A DNA stretch of 64,000 nucleotides from Eutreptiella sp. 'Long Island Sound 2002' (lineage: Eukaryota; Protista; Euglenida), in NCBI GenBank assembly GCA_964036045.1, contig OZ038378.1, forward strand, positions 14,818,001 through 14,882,000. Reading direction: 5' to 3'. The notes below the pieces were generated by a model. That model was not told the DNA's origin and ran no database searches. It worked only from the letters and a program-made list of their open reading frames with translations. A program made the position numbers and the translations under genes. Of the stretch, positions 11,327 to 22,903 are shown piece by piece. Within the stretch, counting starts at the first letter, position 1, and the number at the start of each line of letters is the position of its first letter.

Positions 11327-12319
11327 GGGGGAATGTTTGCCCGGCGCGCACCCGGCGCGCTACTTTTCTATTAACTATCCCGACTTCAGCCCCAGATTTA
11401 CCCTCCCATGGAGAAGCCCCCCAAGTAGACCACATTGCACTGCACACCTTCCCTACAAAGCACGTTGCAAAATAAAGCAATATCTGTGATGTCAACCACT
11501 CCAACTGTCATTTGTAGTGTAATTAACAAACAACATTGGTCCCACAAGTGTGGGTGTCAATACATTCATTACAATAGTGCTCCTTATACTCATCACAAAC
11601 TGCGACGGTGGAGCGCCTTTGGCAACACAAAACACACACTTCCGCCTCATCCTCTGCCTCATCTTGCGTGGCGGCCGAGTTGCTTTGGTCAGTCCAAACG
11701 TGAGGCGGGACATGCTCCCATGGTCCGTAGGGGGGGTGACGGACTTGCCTCCGGATGCAAAACTGAGTGAAATGCAACAAAATGCGGACTGACTGGTGCA
11801 ACTCATTGGGGCCGCCACGCCAGATGTTCCTAACCAAACCCCAATGCCACAACCGAGCAAACAGCTGCCCTATACCACCCATGGACATCATTGTAACCTT
11901 GTTGGCAGGCTGTCAAAGTGCCATTCTTTCTTCCAATGAATGGCACAATGACATGAATCCGGCCTTTATAAGCACCATCATGGCCCCCAACTTCAAAATC
12001 AAAGAAATCACCTCGGGTACGAGAAGGTCCATACCCATCCCAAATCAAAACATCTGCTGATGTCCCGGGGGCCAAGGGGCAAATCCATATAATGTTGCCC
12101 AACATATCAACGGCAACAGTCACCTTGTAAACATGCGACGCATACCAAGGATTCCACAGGTCTGCACTCCATATCCCGCCAATGGAACTGATGGGCATGG
12201 AGTCTGTGAAATGCGTCAAATAGCTGCACTCTGCTAAGTGCGCCCCCTTAGCGCACCCCCTAAAAGGTCACCGGTGGGGCACGGGTCCAAAAAGATGCCC
12301 GGCGCGCTAACGTTCCCCC
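11327..12319 (-). mobile_element. 993-bp defective DDE_Tnp_4 transposon with AAT target-site duplication
   Basis: TIRs GGGGGAATGTTTGC and GCTAACGTTCCCCC, flanked by AAT/AAT (11324-11326, 12320-12322). The uninterrupted target (CAAAATCAATAATGTCATAAAC) is present in a paralogous repeat at ~28373-28394. Confidence 0.9.
11523..12219 (-). pseudogene. DDE_Tnp_4 transposase, N-terminally deleted and frameshifted, with a C-terminal Cys/His zinc module
   Basis: YKVTVAVDMLGNIIWICPLAPGTSAD...GHDGAYKG...YNDVHGWYRA, then a frameshift, then QLFARLWHWGLVRNIWR...CVLCCQRRSTVAVCDEYKEHYCNECIDTHTC. Confidence 0.85.
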
Positions 12320-12322
12320 AAT

Positions 12323-12600
12323 GTCATAAACCCCAATGACACAAGCACCAAATGCGGATGCCAACAAACGCAATGAAATGGAACTAAGTAGATTCCTTGC
12401 CTTTGACTCCTTGAAAATTTATGGTGCCAGGCACAATCCGCAAATAAACGCAGGTAAGAAGACATTTGGCCGGTGGCCTGTAGATTGTTTATTTGGGGGC
12501 TTATTATTATTCTTGTTACATTATTCTTTTTGTTTTTTGTCGTTTGTAGAGAAAATATGAAAAAAACAAAAAAATTTGCATTGCAGAACTGTTGTTTCTT
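12323..12600. repeat. Right half of a dispersed repeat interrupted by the 11327-12319 insertion (left half ~11245-11326); uninterrupted paralogue at ~28304-28660
   Basis: Near-identical sequence reads continuously across 28304-28660. Confidence 0.8.
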
Positions 12601-14945
12601 TTTATACTTATAGGGGGGGGGGGGGGTACCACCAATCCATCACCACATGTGTGGGTCTTGAAAGCTCCCCTACAAGATATAAGGCACAAACTACTATGTG
12701 GCTTGTGCAAGCAAGTCATCCCCACAAGTGTGCATGTTGAATCAATTTGAGCAATAATTCAAACTATAAACATTGCACTCAGAGAGAATGGCTTTCTTCA
12801 TGCAGCAAATGCATATATGGCCCCACCGTCTTACCCCTGTGGTTTTTATACCCTATGGACTTTCCCTCCTGTCGTGGGGTTTTTATACCCTTTGGATTTT
12901 GTCCTAGCTTTGTGTATTTTTCCTACCTCATGGGTTTTTTCACCCTTGTTGCAACAGAAGAGGGACCTATAGCTCTTTTGGCCTAGCCAACAGCTAATCT
13001 ACGGCTGCTTGGTCAGCCAGACGGCTAAATCTCGCAATGCACGAGGTGCTCCTCCATAGGATGGCTGAATTATAAAATTTGCTGCCTCCAGTTGTGCAAT
13101 GAGGCTCCCCATCCTTCCATGATCTCTTGATAGATATCCAGTTGCACATCCTTGAGGCTCACTTGCCTCACTATTGTATTCAACCCACCAATCAGGCTTG
13201 TCATGCATGAATGAGCTGGCTCTACACAGCCGTTGCGTCATGAATATACTATTTGTCGCATGATTCGCCATCATCATAATCTGACCTCCACCTAGAAAGA
13301 CACGAAGTGGTTAAAAATGGTGCAAAGGTGGTGAAAAGGGGTAAAAAAGAGTGTGTAGCATAGCATGACGTGTGCCAAGGTTGCATAACAAGTGTGTGGC
13401 CGCTGATTCAGCTAAACCCCTCAACAACTACCAAAAACCCTTTCTACAAACCCCACCCACACCCACCCAAGAAGTCCAATAACTTTTGGAAAAGCCCAAA
13501 ACTGGGGTTTGGGTGGTTGTCAACATAAAAAACTTCGCACCATGTGCATTGCATGGACGCATTGCGCGCACAATGCATGAACAACATTCCCCATGAGGCA
13601 TGGTAGTCTGTCTTTGTCCTCACACGACAAGAGTGGATGCCATGCTACCATGCATGCAAGGCCTGTCAAAGGCCACTCCCATAGATGCAAGACAACACCA
13701 AGGGGAATCACAATGGCAGGTTTGCATGGAGACCACAACTTCGTGCGTCAAAAGTGCATCACTGAACTGGCATAACTGAGTGCAGGATGACCTACGGGCA
13801 CGGTTGGGCAGAAGGACAGTGGCACAATGGAATTGGGGCGCAGTAACTAACTTCTCCCAAATCTTTGTGCACCCGTCCAGTCTGTTCTGCTCTCTCCACT
13901 GGACCAATCAGACACTGGGACCCAGGGGCGACAATAAATGTTTGACATCCATAAAGAGGTGTCTCAAAAGCAATGTCCCAGAATACAACATTGGGGGGGT
14001 CGGAGAGTGCAGTGCCTCAAACAGGTCTGTGCAAGCCTTCGCGAATATCTCAGTTCACGGGTGTTTATTGAGAAACCGTGGGTGCGCTACGTTAGAGTGT
14101 GCTCTTGGCAGCGTCCATCAGGGACGAAAGTGCACAAGTGCACGTGTGCCAAGAGCAGCCACCACCTGGTCTTGGCAGTGACCAGCTTGTAGTTGGCCGT
14201 TCTACCATGTCTGATGTCTGCAGATGTGGCCTTGCCCTTGAAATGCATGCGCCCCTTTGCCGGACCAGGGTCCGTACGTGGTCACCGTATGTGTCCCATA
14301 TTTCTTACAGGCCTGAGACGAGAGTAGTAATACCCGTCACCCAAGGCCGAGACACTCCCGGGGAGAAAAGAGTCTTGGAACAGAACAAAAATGCATGCTG
14401 ACCACTGAACACATGCGAACAATATTGTACACGAGGAGTGCATCATGAATGGAAGGAGTGGGGCATGGAGGTGAGAGAATGTCGCGCAGAAGCATGGAAG
14501 CATACAAAAGGACTGCATGCAGGATCAAAAACATTCAAAAAAGTGCAGAATCACGACACAAAGAGACAGTACACATAGAACGACTGGCAGACAGGAAAAC
14601 ATGCAGGAGGGTGAGCGAGAGAAAACAACAGCAATATATGGATCGATTGGATCAGGTGATCACTAAGCACAGGGTAATCGGAGTTGATCAGCTCTGCGGT
14701 TGCCCTGGTACAGAACTAGAGCATGTGCCCCAAATTGGCCATGACCTTCGTCTGAGGCAACGAGAGCATCAACCACAGTTTCGGGCTGCGCAGCAAAAAA
14801 ACGGAGTCAACGTGCAAGGAAGAGCACCCGAAAGGATGTGGGTCGCAAACAGGAATGCGAGGGTCGGCGCTGCAACATGCTCATCCCAGTTTCTTCAGAC
14901 CCGCCTCGTAGCCAGCTTATCCAAGACTGCGCGACCAGCCCTCCC

Positions 14946-15520
14946 TGCACACACACACACACACACATACACACACACGTGCATGCACACACGCACACTC
15001 ACACTCACACATGCCGAAACTGCGAGATAACAAGCGAAACACGTCTGTGTATGCGCATGCGCGTTCCTGCATGTGCGGCTGTTACCTGACTGCTCACGAG
15101 AGTTTTCTTGTCAACACACACTGGTACACCAACCAACACCAACCAACAATTGACCCCTTTTCATTGGTCATGACCCCTGCCACTGCACACCATCCCCGCC
15201 AGGGCCCATCAGATTCCTGGCAGAGTATGACCAGCGGCAGGTAAGCAGATCCAATCTTATGATCACTGGGTGTATAATGCCGTATGTATGTATGTGTGTG
15301 TGTGTTGGGGAGGGGGGGCAAAACATTTGAAACCACATCATAGCGTTCGCTAACATACAGCACCTCTCTACCGCTCTGTAATGTTTGTCGCTGATTCACA
15401 GCTTCTCTGCCTGCCTACCCAGTTGTGTGTGTGTGTGTGTGTGTGTGTGTATGCTCTGTGCTATGAACGATTGAGACCTATATGTGGCACTGGGCTGTGT
15501 GTGTGTGTATGTGTGTGTCC
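14946..15520. repeat. (CA)n/(TG)n microsatellite cluster
   Basis: Dinucleotide runs at ~14946-15010, 15285-15305, 15423-15450 and 15496-15517. Confidence 0.9.
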
Positions 15521-16460
15521 ATATATACGCATGCTGGTGGATAAAGCCCGGGTGTGGCATGAGATCCGTGGCAGGGTACACAATCCCTAGCTGTTTCCGA
15601 TGCCCACTGGCCTGCATGGTCACCAACCGCAAACGATCCCTGGCCATAGTAGGTATGACATGTACAGCTACATAAGATACCTGATTTATTGCGAATGAAA
15701 CAACACATAGTATAAAGTATACAGGGGGTACAGACAGTGTGTGGCCAGGGATTGGGGACAGCCACAAGCTGGATACGGGAGGAGGGGGGCCATCAACACG
15801 CTTTGTGTCATCATTGGCATGTCAAAGAAATACATGCTTCAAAGTGCATGGGTTCTGTTGGTCTTTGGGGCCGATGGCATTGGGTGGAAAGTAACAGTCT
15901 GAACTTTCAACTCTTTATTTTGTAATAAGAAGCCATATATATCACAGCCGTTTCTGGCCGTGCTATTGCAATGCAGCCTTAGCCGGAAAGCCTGACTTGC
16001 TTGGGTAACAGGAGGCTCCCCACAGGGCAGTTTCTCATCTCAGCAGCACTCGCGTGCTGCATCCCATGGGTGTGGTTCAGTGTGACATCTACGCAGCAGT
16101 GATGTGCATGCGGCATTAACAAGTTTGCGGCCGTTCCATGCATGCGCCCATGAGGGTGTTTCAATCGCACCGTGCGCCGCACCACGTGCTTTAGTAGACG
16201 CGTCATTTACCAATGTACACCCGTTTCCCACACACGGATGCGGTCCCGGGGGGCAACTACCAACGGTCCTGATGCGACCACCCCCCCAGCTATCTGCCAA
16301 AACTCGGGGGGGCAGTGGGGGGGGGGGGGGGGGTCCAGCCGAGGGTCGGGGGGCGGGTGTTCCTGCCGGGGGTCGGGAAGGGGGTGTTCCTGCCAGGGGT
16401 CGGGGGGGGGGCGTCTGGCCGGGGGTCAGGGGGGCGTCCAGCCAGGGGTGAGGGGGGGGG

Positions 16461-16481
16461 GGTTAAGGTTAGGGTTAAGGT
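16461..16481 (+). repeat. Interstitial telomere-like tract (GGTTAA/GGTTAG), left flank of the 16482-17598 element
   Basis: GGTTAAGGTTAGGGTTAAGGT read directly. Confidence 0.65.
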
Positions 16482-17598
16482 TACCGAGCTGGTGGAACCA
16501 GTCTTGGTTTTATAACCCTTTTTAGTGTCTAGGGTGGACCTATCAGGTTTAGCAGCAGCAGCAAGCAGCACGCGCGAAATGGGTAAAAATCAGAACTCCG
16601 TCGTGGTGCTTCAGATTCAGGTGAAATTTTGGTGGATGATACCTATGGGTGTGAAGTACAATCACATAAAGTTTGAGCAAGAACCTCAACGGTGGCGGCC
16701 GGGAATGGGATTCGCAAGTGGCAGACCTCAGTTTCAAAAACTGCAGTTTAGGGCCAAAAATAGCCATTTTTGGGCCAAAAAAAGCCCTGGAACACATTCA
16801 AAACGGCCAAACAAAGGGAAACGGTGGGTACACTCAACGTGCGGCTTGACTTCCCCGTGTCAACGAGCTCTTTGCGGCCCTCTAACTCCATGATATGTCC
16901 CGGAAACAGCCCAAAAAGGCCCCCAGAAGCTCCAAATGCCGACAGCCACAAACCAAGAATAGGCCATATCTTTGGCTACATGGCTCAAAATGCGATTCCG
17001 AGGGCACCTACTCCACCCGCAACCCCCCACTTTTTGTGGTTTCCACCCCTCAGAATTGCCCAAACGGACGCCTAGACCCCAATACCTAGGCCCACTAGGT
17101 TGCGGCAAGCTGCAAGCTCAAGCCCAAACAGGTGGGTGCCCAAATGGGTCAACAGGGTCCAGTAGGGGCAAAAAGATGACGTTTCTCAAAAATATCCTAG
17201 ACCATGTGCGACGCTAAAACAAGTGTTTTTGGACCGTTTTGAGCTTGTGGTGGCCCATTTTGGTCCTCCGAAAATCCCAGAATGCCTTGAAAATGGGCTG
17301 TTTTGGGACCAAAAATGGGTCAAAAATGGGTCAAAAACGAATTTTTCCAAACCTCATCCTAGACCATTTGGGTTGCACAAACGGGTGGAATGAGCCCATT
17401 TTGAACCCATTTTGGGGCATTTTGGCCCCTCAGAAGTCCAAAAAGCCTTGAAAGTGGGCCTCGTGGTGATGGGGTTCACTTGCAAACTGATTTCACTTTG
17501 TCAAGAGCCATCAATGTGTGAATCATTCTTGATGTCCCTCACTAGTCATAGCTGATGTTCCCTCCCCCACCAGCTCGGTCCCAATATTCAGTCTTGAT
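16482..17598 (+). mobile_element. Non-autonomous Helentron/Helitron2-like element (HINE-type), single copy
   Basis: Starts T-ACCGAGCTGGTGG. The reverse complement CCACCAGCTCGGT lies at 17567-17579, 19 nt before the end ...AGTCTTGA-T (asymmetric 13-bp subterminal IRs). It has a CAG/CAAG microsatellite near the 5' end and degenerate ~165-bp internal repeats. Head and tail are homologous to the 57.6-62.4 kb array unit. Confidence 0.7.
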
Positions 17599-17639
17599 TA
17601 GGGCTAGGGCTAGGGTTAGGGCTAGGGTTGTTGTTAGGG
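17599..17639 (+). repeat. Interstitial telomere-like tract (TTAGGG/CTAGGG), right flank of the element
   Basis: TAGGGCTAGGGCTAGGGTTAGGGCTAGGGTT read directly. Confidence 0.7.
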
Positions 17640-18559
17640 CCTGCAGCCCTCCTGTAGCCCTCCTTCAGGTCAAAAATTTTTCTTGTTGTTTTAACACAAA
17701 TATGATTTCTCTACAAAATTTTGAGTATTTTGAGTATAAACACATAGTATGGAAAAAAAAATTGGTGCCTTCGGCGCCGGACAGTTTTCTCTAGGGACAC
17801 TTGTTGAGGGCCGACCTGGCACCACTAGCTTTCAAAATCCGGGGGGGGGGGGGGGGGGGGCTTGGGGGGGGTCGCATACAAGGACCCAGCCCGGCTGCCC
17901 CCCCCCCGGGGATGCGGTGAGGGTTAGCAACAACAGTCGACTCCACTCCAAGGACGTCATCCCTGCTGCGCATCGGCTGCAACTACCACAGACTCGGTGG
18001 AGGTGCCATATGGTGGGGAGGCACAGGGCTCTAAGGCAGGAGAATCCGCAATAGGGAATGTGAGATGCTACACTGGGCAATCCTAGTATGGCTAGAGCGC
18101 TCATATCTAATAGCAATGCACTCGAGGAAGGACGAGAAGCCCACAACAGTGGAGGCACGCGCTCCATGCCTCTTAGATGAAAAAAATCACCTCCTGGCTT
18201 CAAGATGTCAGCATTCATTGCCATGTGCTCTGTGGAATACAAAGGAGGCAAAACATAGGAAAATCAATATTTCCGAATGTAAAATGTCCCTTGCAGCCCA
18301 CAAACACACCATACACATTTGCCTCTGGACAAAAATGTTGGTATTTCTCCCCAAACACAGCAATTGGCCACCCCTGTTGTCCAGTGCCCTATGATCGCTT
18401 TTGTGCAACATTCATTGTGACCATCGTTTGACGCCAGTTGGGCTTAAACCGCGCTGCGCACCCGCACCGCGCGAGCTGCACCCTCCATGGCATGTGTATG
18501 GCGGTGATATGCATGCGGCAGTATGATGTGCATGCGACAACAACATGCATGTGCCAGTG

Positions 18560-19450
18560 ACATACATGGGGCAATTCCAAGTACTTCATGTTGGAATATT
18601 CACCGGCTGGAATTGGTGTAACAGAGACGACTTTGAGAAAGGGCCCTGAGCTCAAGCAGCGGGCCATACCGGCCCTACCTCTAATCCTTCGTCATGGCGC
18701 TCTGGCCCATCGTCAAAGAGCTGTCCTCAGGAAGAGGCTCTGGGACGGGGGGTTCACAAGCTCCAGAGGCCCCCAGTAGACCACCCAGACCCCAATTTGG
18801 GCGAGTGGGTGCAGAGGACATTGGGACACAGGGTTGGGCAGGGGATGGCCGGGGGTGGCCGGGACAAGATGTACAACGACTTCTAAGCTGCTGCCACAAC
18901 GCGGGGACGGGCGCAGGCCGTTCGAAGCTCGTGATGTCAGTAAGTCGGTAAGGGCGTATCGCATCATCGCCTGTACAGCGTAGCGGGGGGCCACACAGAG
19001 CGCACGCTGCACGCTGGCGGCCGAAACATTGAGAATTTTGAGGTGCCGTGGGCAAAACATACCCTGAAACAAATACGTCCCAAGCCCCGAACGTCGCGAG
19101 TTGGGGCGAATCTCGAACTGATGGCGCCGAAAGCGGGTTACTCGAGGTCGGGCCACCGGGGGGGGGGGGGGGGGGCAGGGGTCGTGTGGAAGTTTCGATG
19201 TCCATAACCCCTGCGACTATGGGGCGGTGCTTCTGTGTGTCTGGGCAACAGACGTCCACGTTGGAGTCCTGGTGCCTGCCCCTCTGTGGTATACACCGCA
19301 GGCAGTGGCCCTGCCAATGCCAAAACTTCGGTGCAAAGCCCCTACATCATGGCCTTCGGGGGTGTTCAGGGCCTTTGGCTCTACTCTCAGCGTCGGTTTA
19401 GTCGTTACCATGTTCCATTGAGATGGTGCTCAAGAACAGTGAAACGTAGG
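18560..19450 (+). pseudogene. Degenerate RT/RNase H relic of a DIRS-order (TATE/VIPER-like) retrotransposon
   Basis: Frameshifted remnants such as YSP..., VLRKRLWDGGF and an RNase H-like tail. Motifs are weak and recognised by eye only. Confidence 0.35.
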
Positions 19451-20198
19451 ACGGTGAAAGCGGGGGGCACGAGGCCCCCAGACCCAAGGGGCAGACGTTC
19501 TGTTGTGGGGGATCAATGGTCGGTGCTGATCGACTGAATGTCCCCGCCATAGACACTTTCAGCCATTAGTCCATTGAATAGTGGAGCACCCCAACCAAGA
19601 AGGGGACACATGCATCTGTGAGAGAACCTCTGGACTAATGGCTGAAAGTACTGTTGTGGGGGGGGGGGGGCAAATCCCGTGACGAATGGGTCACTGGGCC
19701 TGCCCAGAAGGGGGGACACACCGAAAGTTGCTGTTCAGACTTCACGGGAACGTGGGCCGTGGGCCCTGGGGACCGGAGATGGACCCCTGTCACGCAGACA
19801 GGCAGCAGGCCCAGTGTGCCCCCGGCGCGGCAGTACGGCAGTGCCCTGCGAGGGGCGCGGAGGGAGAGAGGCACGACACAGAGAGACTGCGATGTCGGGC
19901 GGGAGGGGGCTGCTGGAGCGTGGCGGGTGCGGAACTGGGCGTCCCGTCCCGTGCCCCAGCCAAGCCCAAATATGGCAGCGGCTCGGGCCGCCTTTGGCGT
20001 TACTACCTCCCGCCTGCCCATATGGCCCTGTCTGCGGTAAAGCGCCCCCCAGCCCGGGTTTGGCACGACCGCCGCGCACTGCCGCTACACCACTGCGGAT
20101 CCATGTGGGAGGGTGTGGGGCGCAGGGCTGTGCGATGGGAGGGGCCCGTGGGCCGTGCAGCGGCAGGGGCTGCGCGGTGGGGGACTGCGGCGGGGGCG

Positions 20199-22903
20199 CT
20201 AAGCGCTGCGCCCCATCGGCACCGGGTCCGCCCACCGGACGGGCTGCGGCCCTGCGGCGCTGTTCTGTTCGCAGACGGAGGCGCTGCGGCGGCGGTGCGT
20301 CCTGACGGTGAACGTGAGGCGGGCCCCGCTGGGGCTGCGGTGCATCGGCCTGGCCTCCTCCGTGTCGGCGCCCGGTCGCCTGCAGGGGCCCTCCTCTTCG
20401 CCGGGGCCACGAGGGGTGGGGTGCGGGGTCCGGACTGCCTTCGCGAATCGGCCGGCACTGCGCCGGCCGCCGGGGGCTGGCGGGTCCTGCAGCCGCCGCA
20501 CGCGCACCGGCTTTTTGGGTCGGCCCCCGTCTGAGTTGAAGCGCTCGCGGGCCTTGGCGTTCAAATACGGCCCAGCGTAGCCGCTGTCCTGGCGGTCGGG
20601 GGCGGGACTCAGTGCATAGCCCGGGCTCCCGTACCGCCTCTGACCGTCGGAGGATGGGCTGCCAGACCGCGTGCTCGGCCGCACGATGGCAGTCCTCCGT
20701 CCGCCGGCCCCGGCGCCCAGCAGCCCCGACACCGCCCCCTCCAGATCAGAGTGGAGACCCAGGCTCGTGAACGGGTTGGAGGGGGTGAAGGGGTCTGTGG
20801 GGCTGAAGGGGCCGGTGGGGCTGAAGCACGGGGAGGTGGCCGGGAGGAGGCACGGGCCGGGGGAGCTGAGGCAGGGGCTTACACGGGCCGGGCTCTCCAG
20901 GCGGTGGAAGCCCGGGCCCTCGGAGGCAACGGGGTCGTCCCCGCAGTCCAGACTGTCCGCGCTGCCGCCGAGGGGCTTGAGGGCGGGGCTCTGGAAGGGG
21001 ACCCCTGGACTCTCCGCATAGCCGCTCGACAGACGGCCTAGAACGGGGCTGACCGAGACGGACGTTGTGCTGCTGCTGGGCCCCTCGTGCGGCGTGCAGG
21101 GGGTCCCCAGCCCCTCCGGCCCTGGCGCCTGGTGGCTGTGCACCCCGGGACTATCGGTTGTGCCGGCCACGGCCTTGGCCTCCGCTTTGGTGGGACTGCT
21201 CTGACCGGAAGCCCCGGGACCACCCCCCGGCCCCTCCACACACTCAACGGGGGGGCTCTGGGCGAGGCCGGGGCCTTGCAGGATCTCACACGCCGCCTCG
21301 AGACGCCTCTTGATGACGAAGCTTCCGTACCTGTTCAGCAGCGGCTTCTCAGGGGAGGCGGAGACGAGGCTCCCGCGGCGCGTGGCTTTGACGGCAAACG
21401 TGAGGCGGCCAGAGGAGGTCGAGGCGAGGGACAGTTTGCGGTCGTCCGCACAACCCCCGCTCTGCTTCTGCGGAGGGGCATCGTCCCCCTTCGGCTGCAG
21501 GGCGGCAAACACGGAGGCCCGGGTCGCTCTGTGGCTCGTCGCGGCCCGCGGGACACTGTCTGTGGCCGCGGAGGAGGGGCTGCCCGACCGAGCACTTGGC
21601 CGCGGCATAGACGAGGCCACTTGCGTGGCCACACTGGCGGGGGGCTCGGTGGTGACGAACACAAGGCTCCTCCGGCCGCGCAGATCGGCGCGGGCGCCAT
21701 CGCTCGCTGGCGGCGCCTCGACGCCATCAGGAGTGCCTGCGGCAGACGCCCCTCCGGTGCGGGCCTCCGACACCACCTCCCCGTTGCTTCTCCATCGGCC
21801 CTCGGGGCTGTCGGATTTCCCCGTCATGTGCCTGGGCTCCAGGCTTTCCGGAATACCAACCGTGGGCCTGGCCTCGGGGCTTGCACCCGTGCCCCGCCGG
21901 ACGGTAGAGGGACTGCCAACGCCAGAGGTCCTACCACTGACGGTCGGCCTGCCACTCATGGAAGTCACGGAGCCCTCCAGACCATCACCGCTCAGGCTCT
22001 GCTGGGGGCCGGGTCTGTCCGCGTGCCACGGTTCGGTGCCAGACGCGGCGCGGTCGGGCCGCCACGCGACTCCGGGACGCCGGCCCCGCGCATACCGGAC
22101 CCGGGCGGGGCTACCCGCCATGCCGCCGCTGCCGCGCAAGGGCCCCATGGCCTCTTCCACAAACGGGTCTTCGCCGACGGCCCCGGGCATGTCCCCGGCC
22201 ATGGCCTCGATGGCATGGCTCAGGGTGGCAACCCGATTGGCCGTGTGCCGCTTCAGTGCGGACCCTCCGGACGTCAGTCCGGCGGTGCACGCAGCCACAG
22301 CGGCCGCGGCAGCCACGGTCAGAGCGGCAGCGGCCGCTGCGCTGCTTTGGCCGCCATCCGTTGCGCAGGTGCTCGAGGACGTCCTCTTTGGGCAGTCCAG
22401 TAACGACATCTCACTGAGACCCATCAACAACGGACTCAATTCCTCGCCATCGGGGATCGCAGGGCTCAGGGTTGGACTGTTGGACAGTCCATTTGCTGCT
22501 GCGGTGCGCTTGGCTTTGACAATGACTGTGGCACTCCCACCCAATCCACCAAATGACCCGAAATGTGGCACTTCTTCAGGGCTTGAGGGCTGGTTCAAGG
22601 AGGCCATCCTACTGCTCACGCTGTGGGCGTCCGAGAGGCTGGCACATCGGGACGAGGTGTCGAGCGACTCGTCGGCAAACGCCGGTCTGGGGCCCAACGC
22701 GTGCCGGTGAATAGGAGAGCACAGAGTCGGACTTTGCGTGCTCCTGCCTTCTGTGCTCAAGCTACCACTCCTCGGACTCTGGGTGTCATCGTCGCTGCAA
22801 CTGCTGAGCCTCACACAAGCCTCGTCGCTGCTGAGCGGCGCACAAGTGGTGCGACTAAAAGAGGAGGGATCGGGTTTGGGCGGGCTTACGCATGTGGGTA
22901 CGC
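20199..22903 (-). CDS. 2.7-kb GC-rich terminal coding exon; Ser/Pro/Gly/Ala-rich, predicted disordered (~900 aa); possibly the tail of the bestrophin-family gene
   Basis: 903-aa ORF with a candidate acceptor TCATGTCAG| at 22905-22904 and stop at 20199. Sharp GC increase relative to the flanks. Linkage to upstream exons is inferred, not shown. Confidence 0.7.

Noticed and set aside
19635-22710. Long plus-strand ORFs (466, 438, 282, 208 aa)
   Set aside because: Shadow ORFs in very GC-rich sequence antisense or adjacent to the 903-aa frame; no domain motifs.
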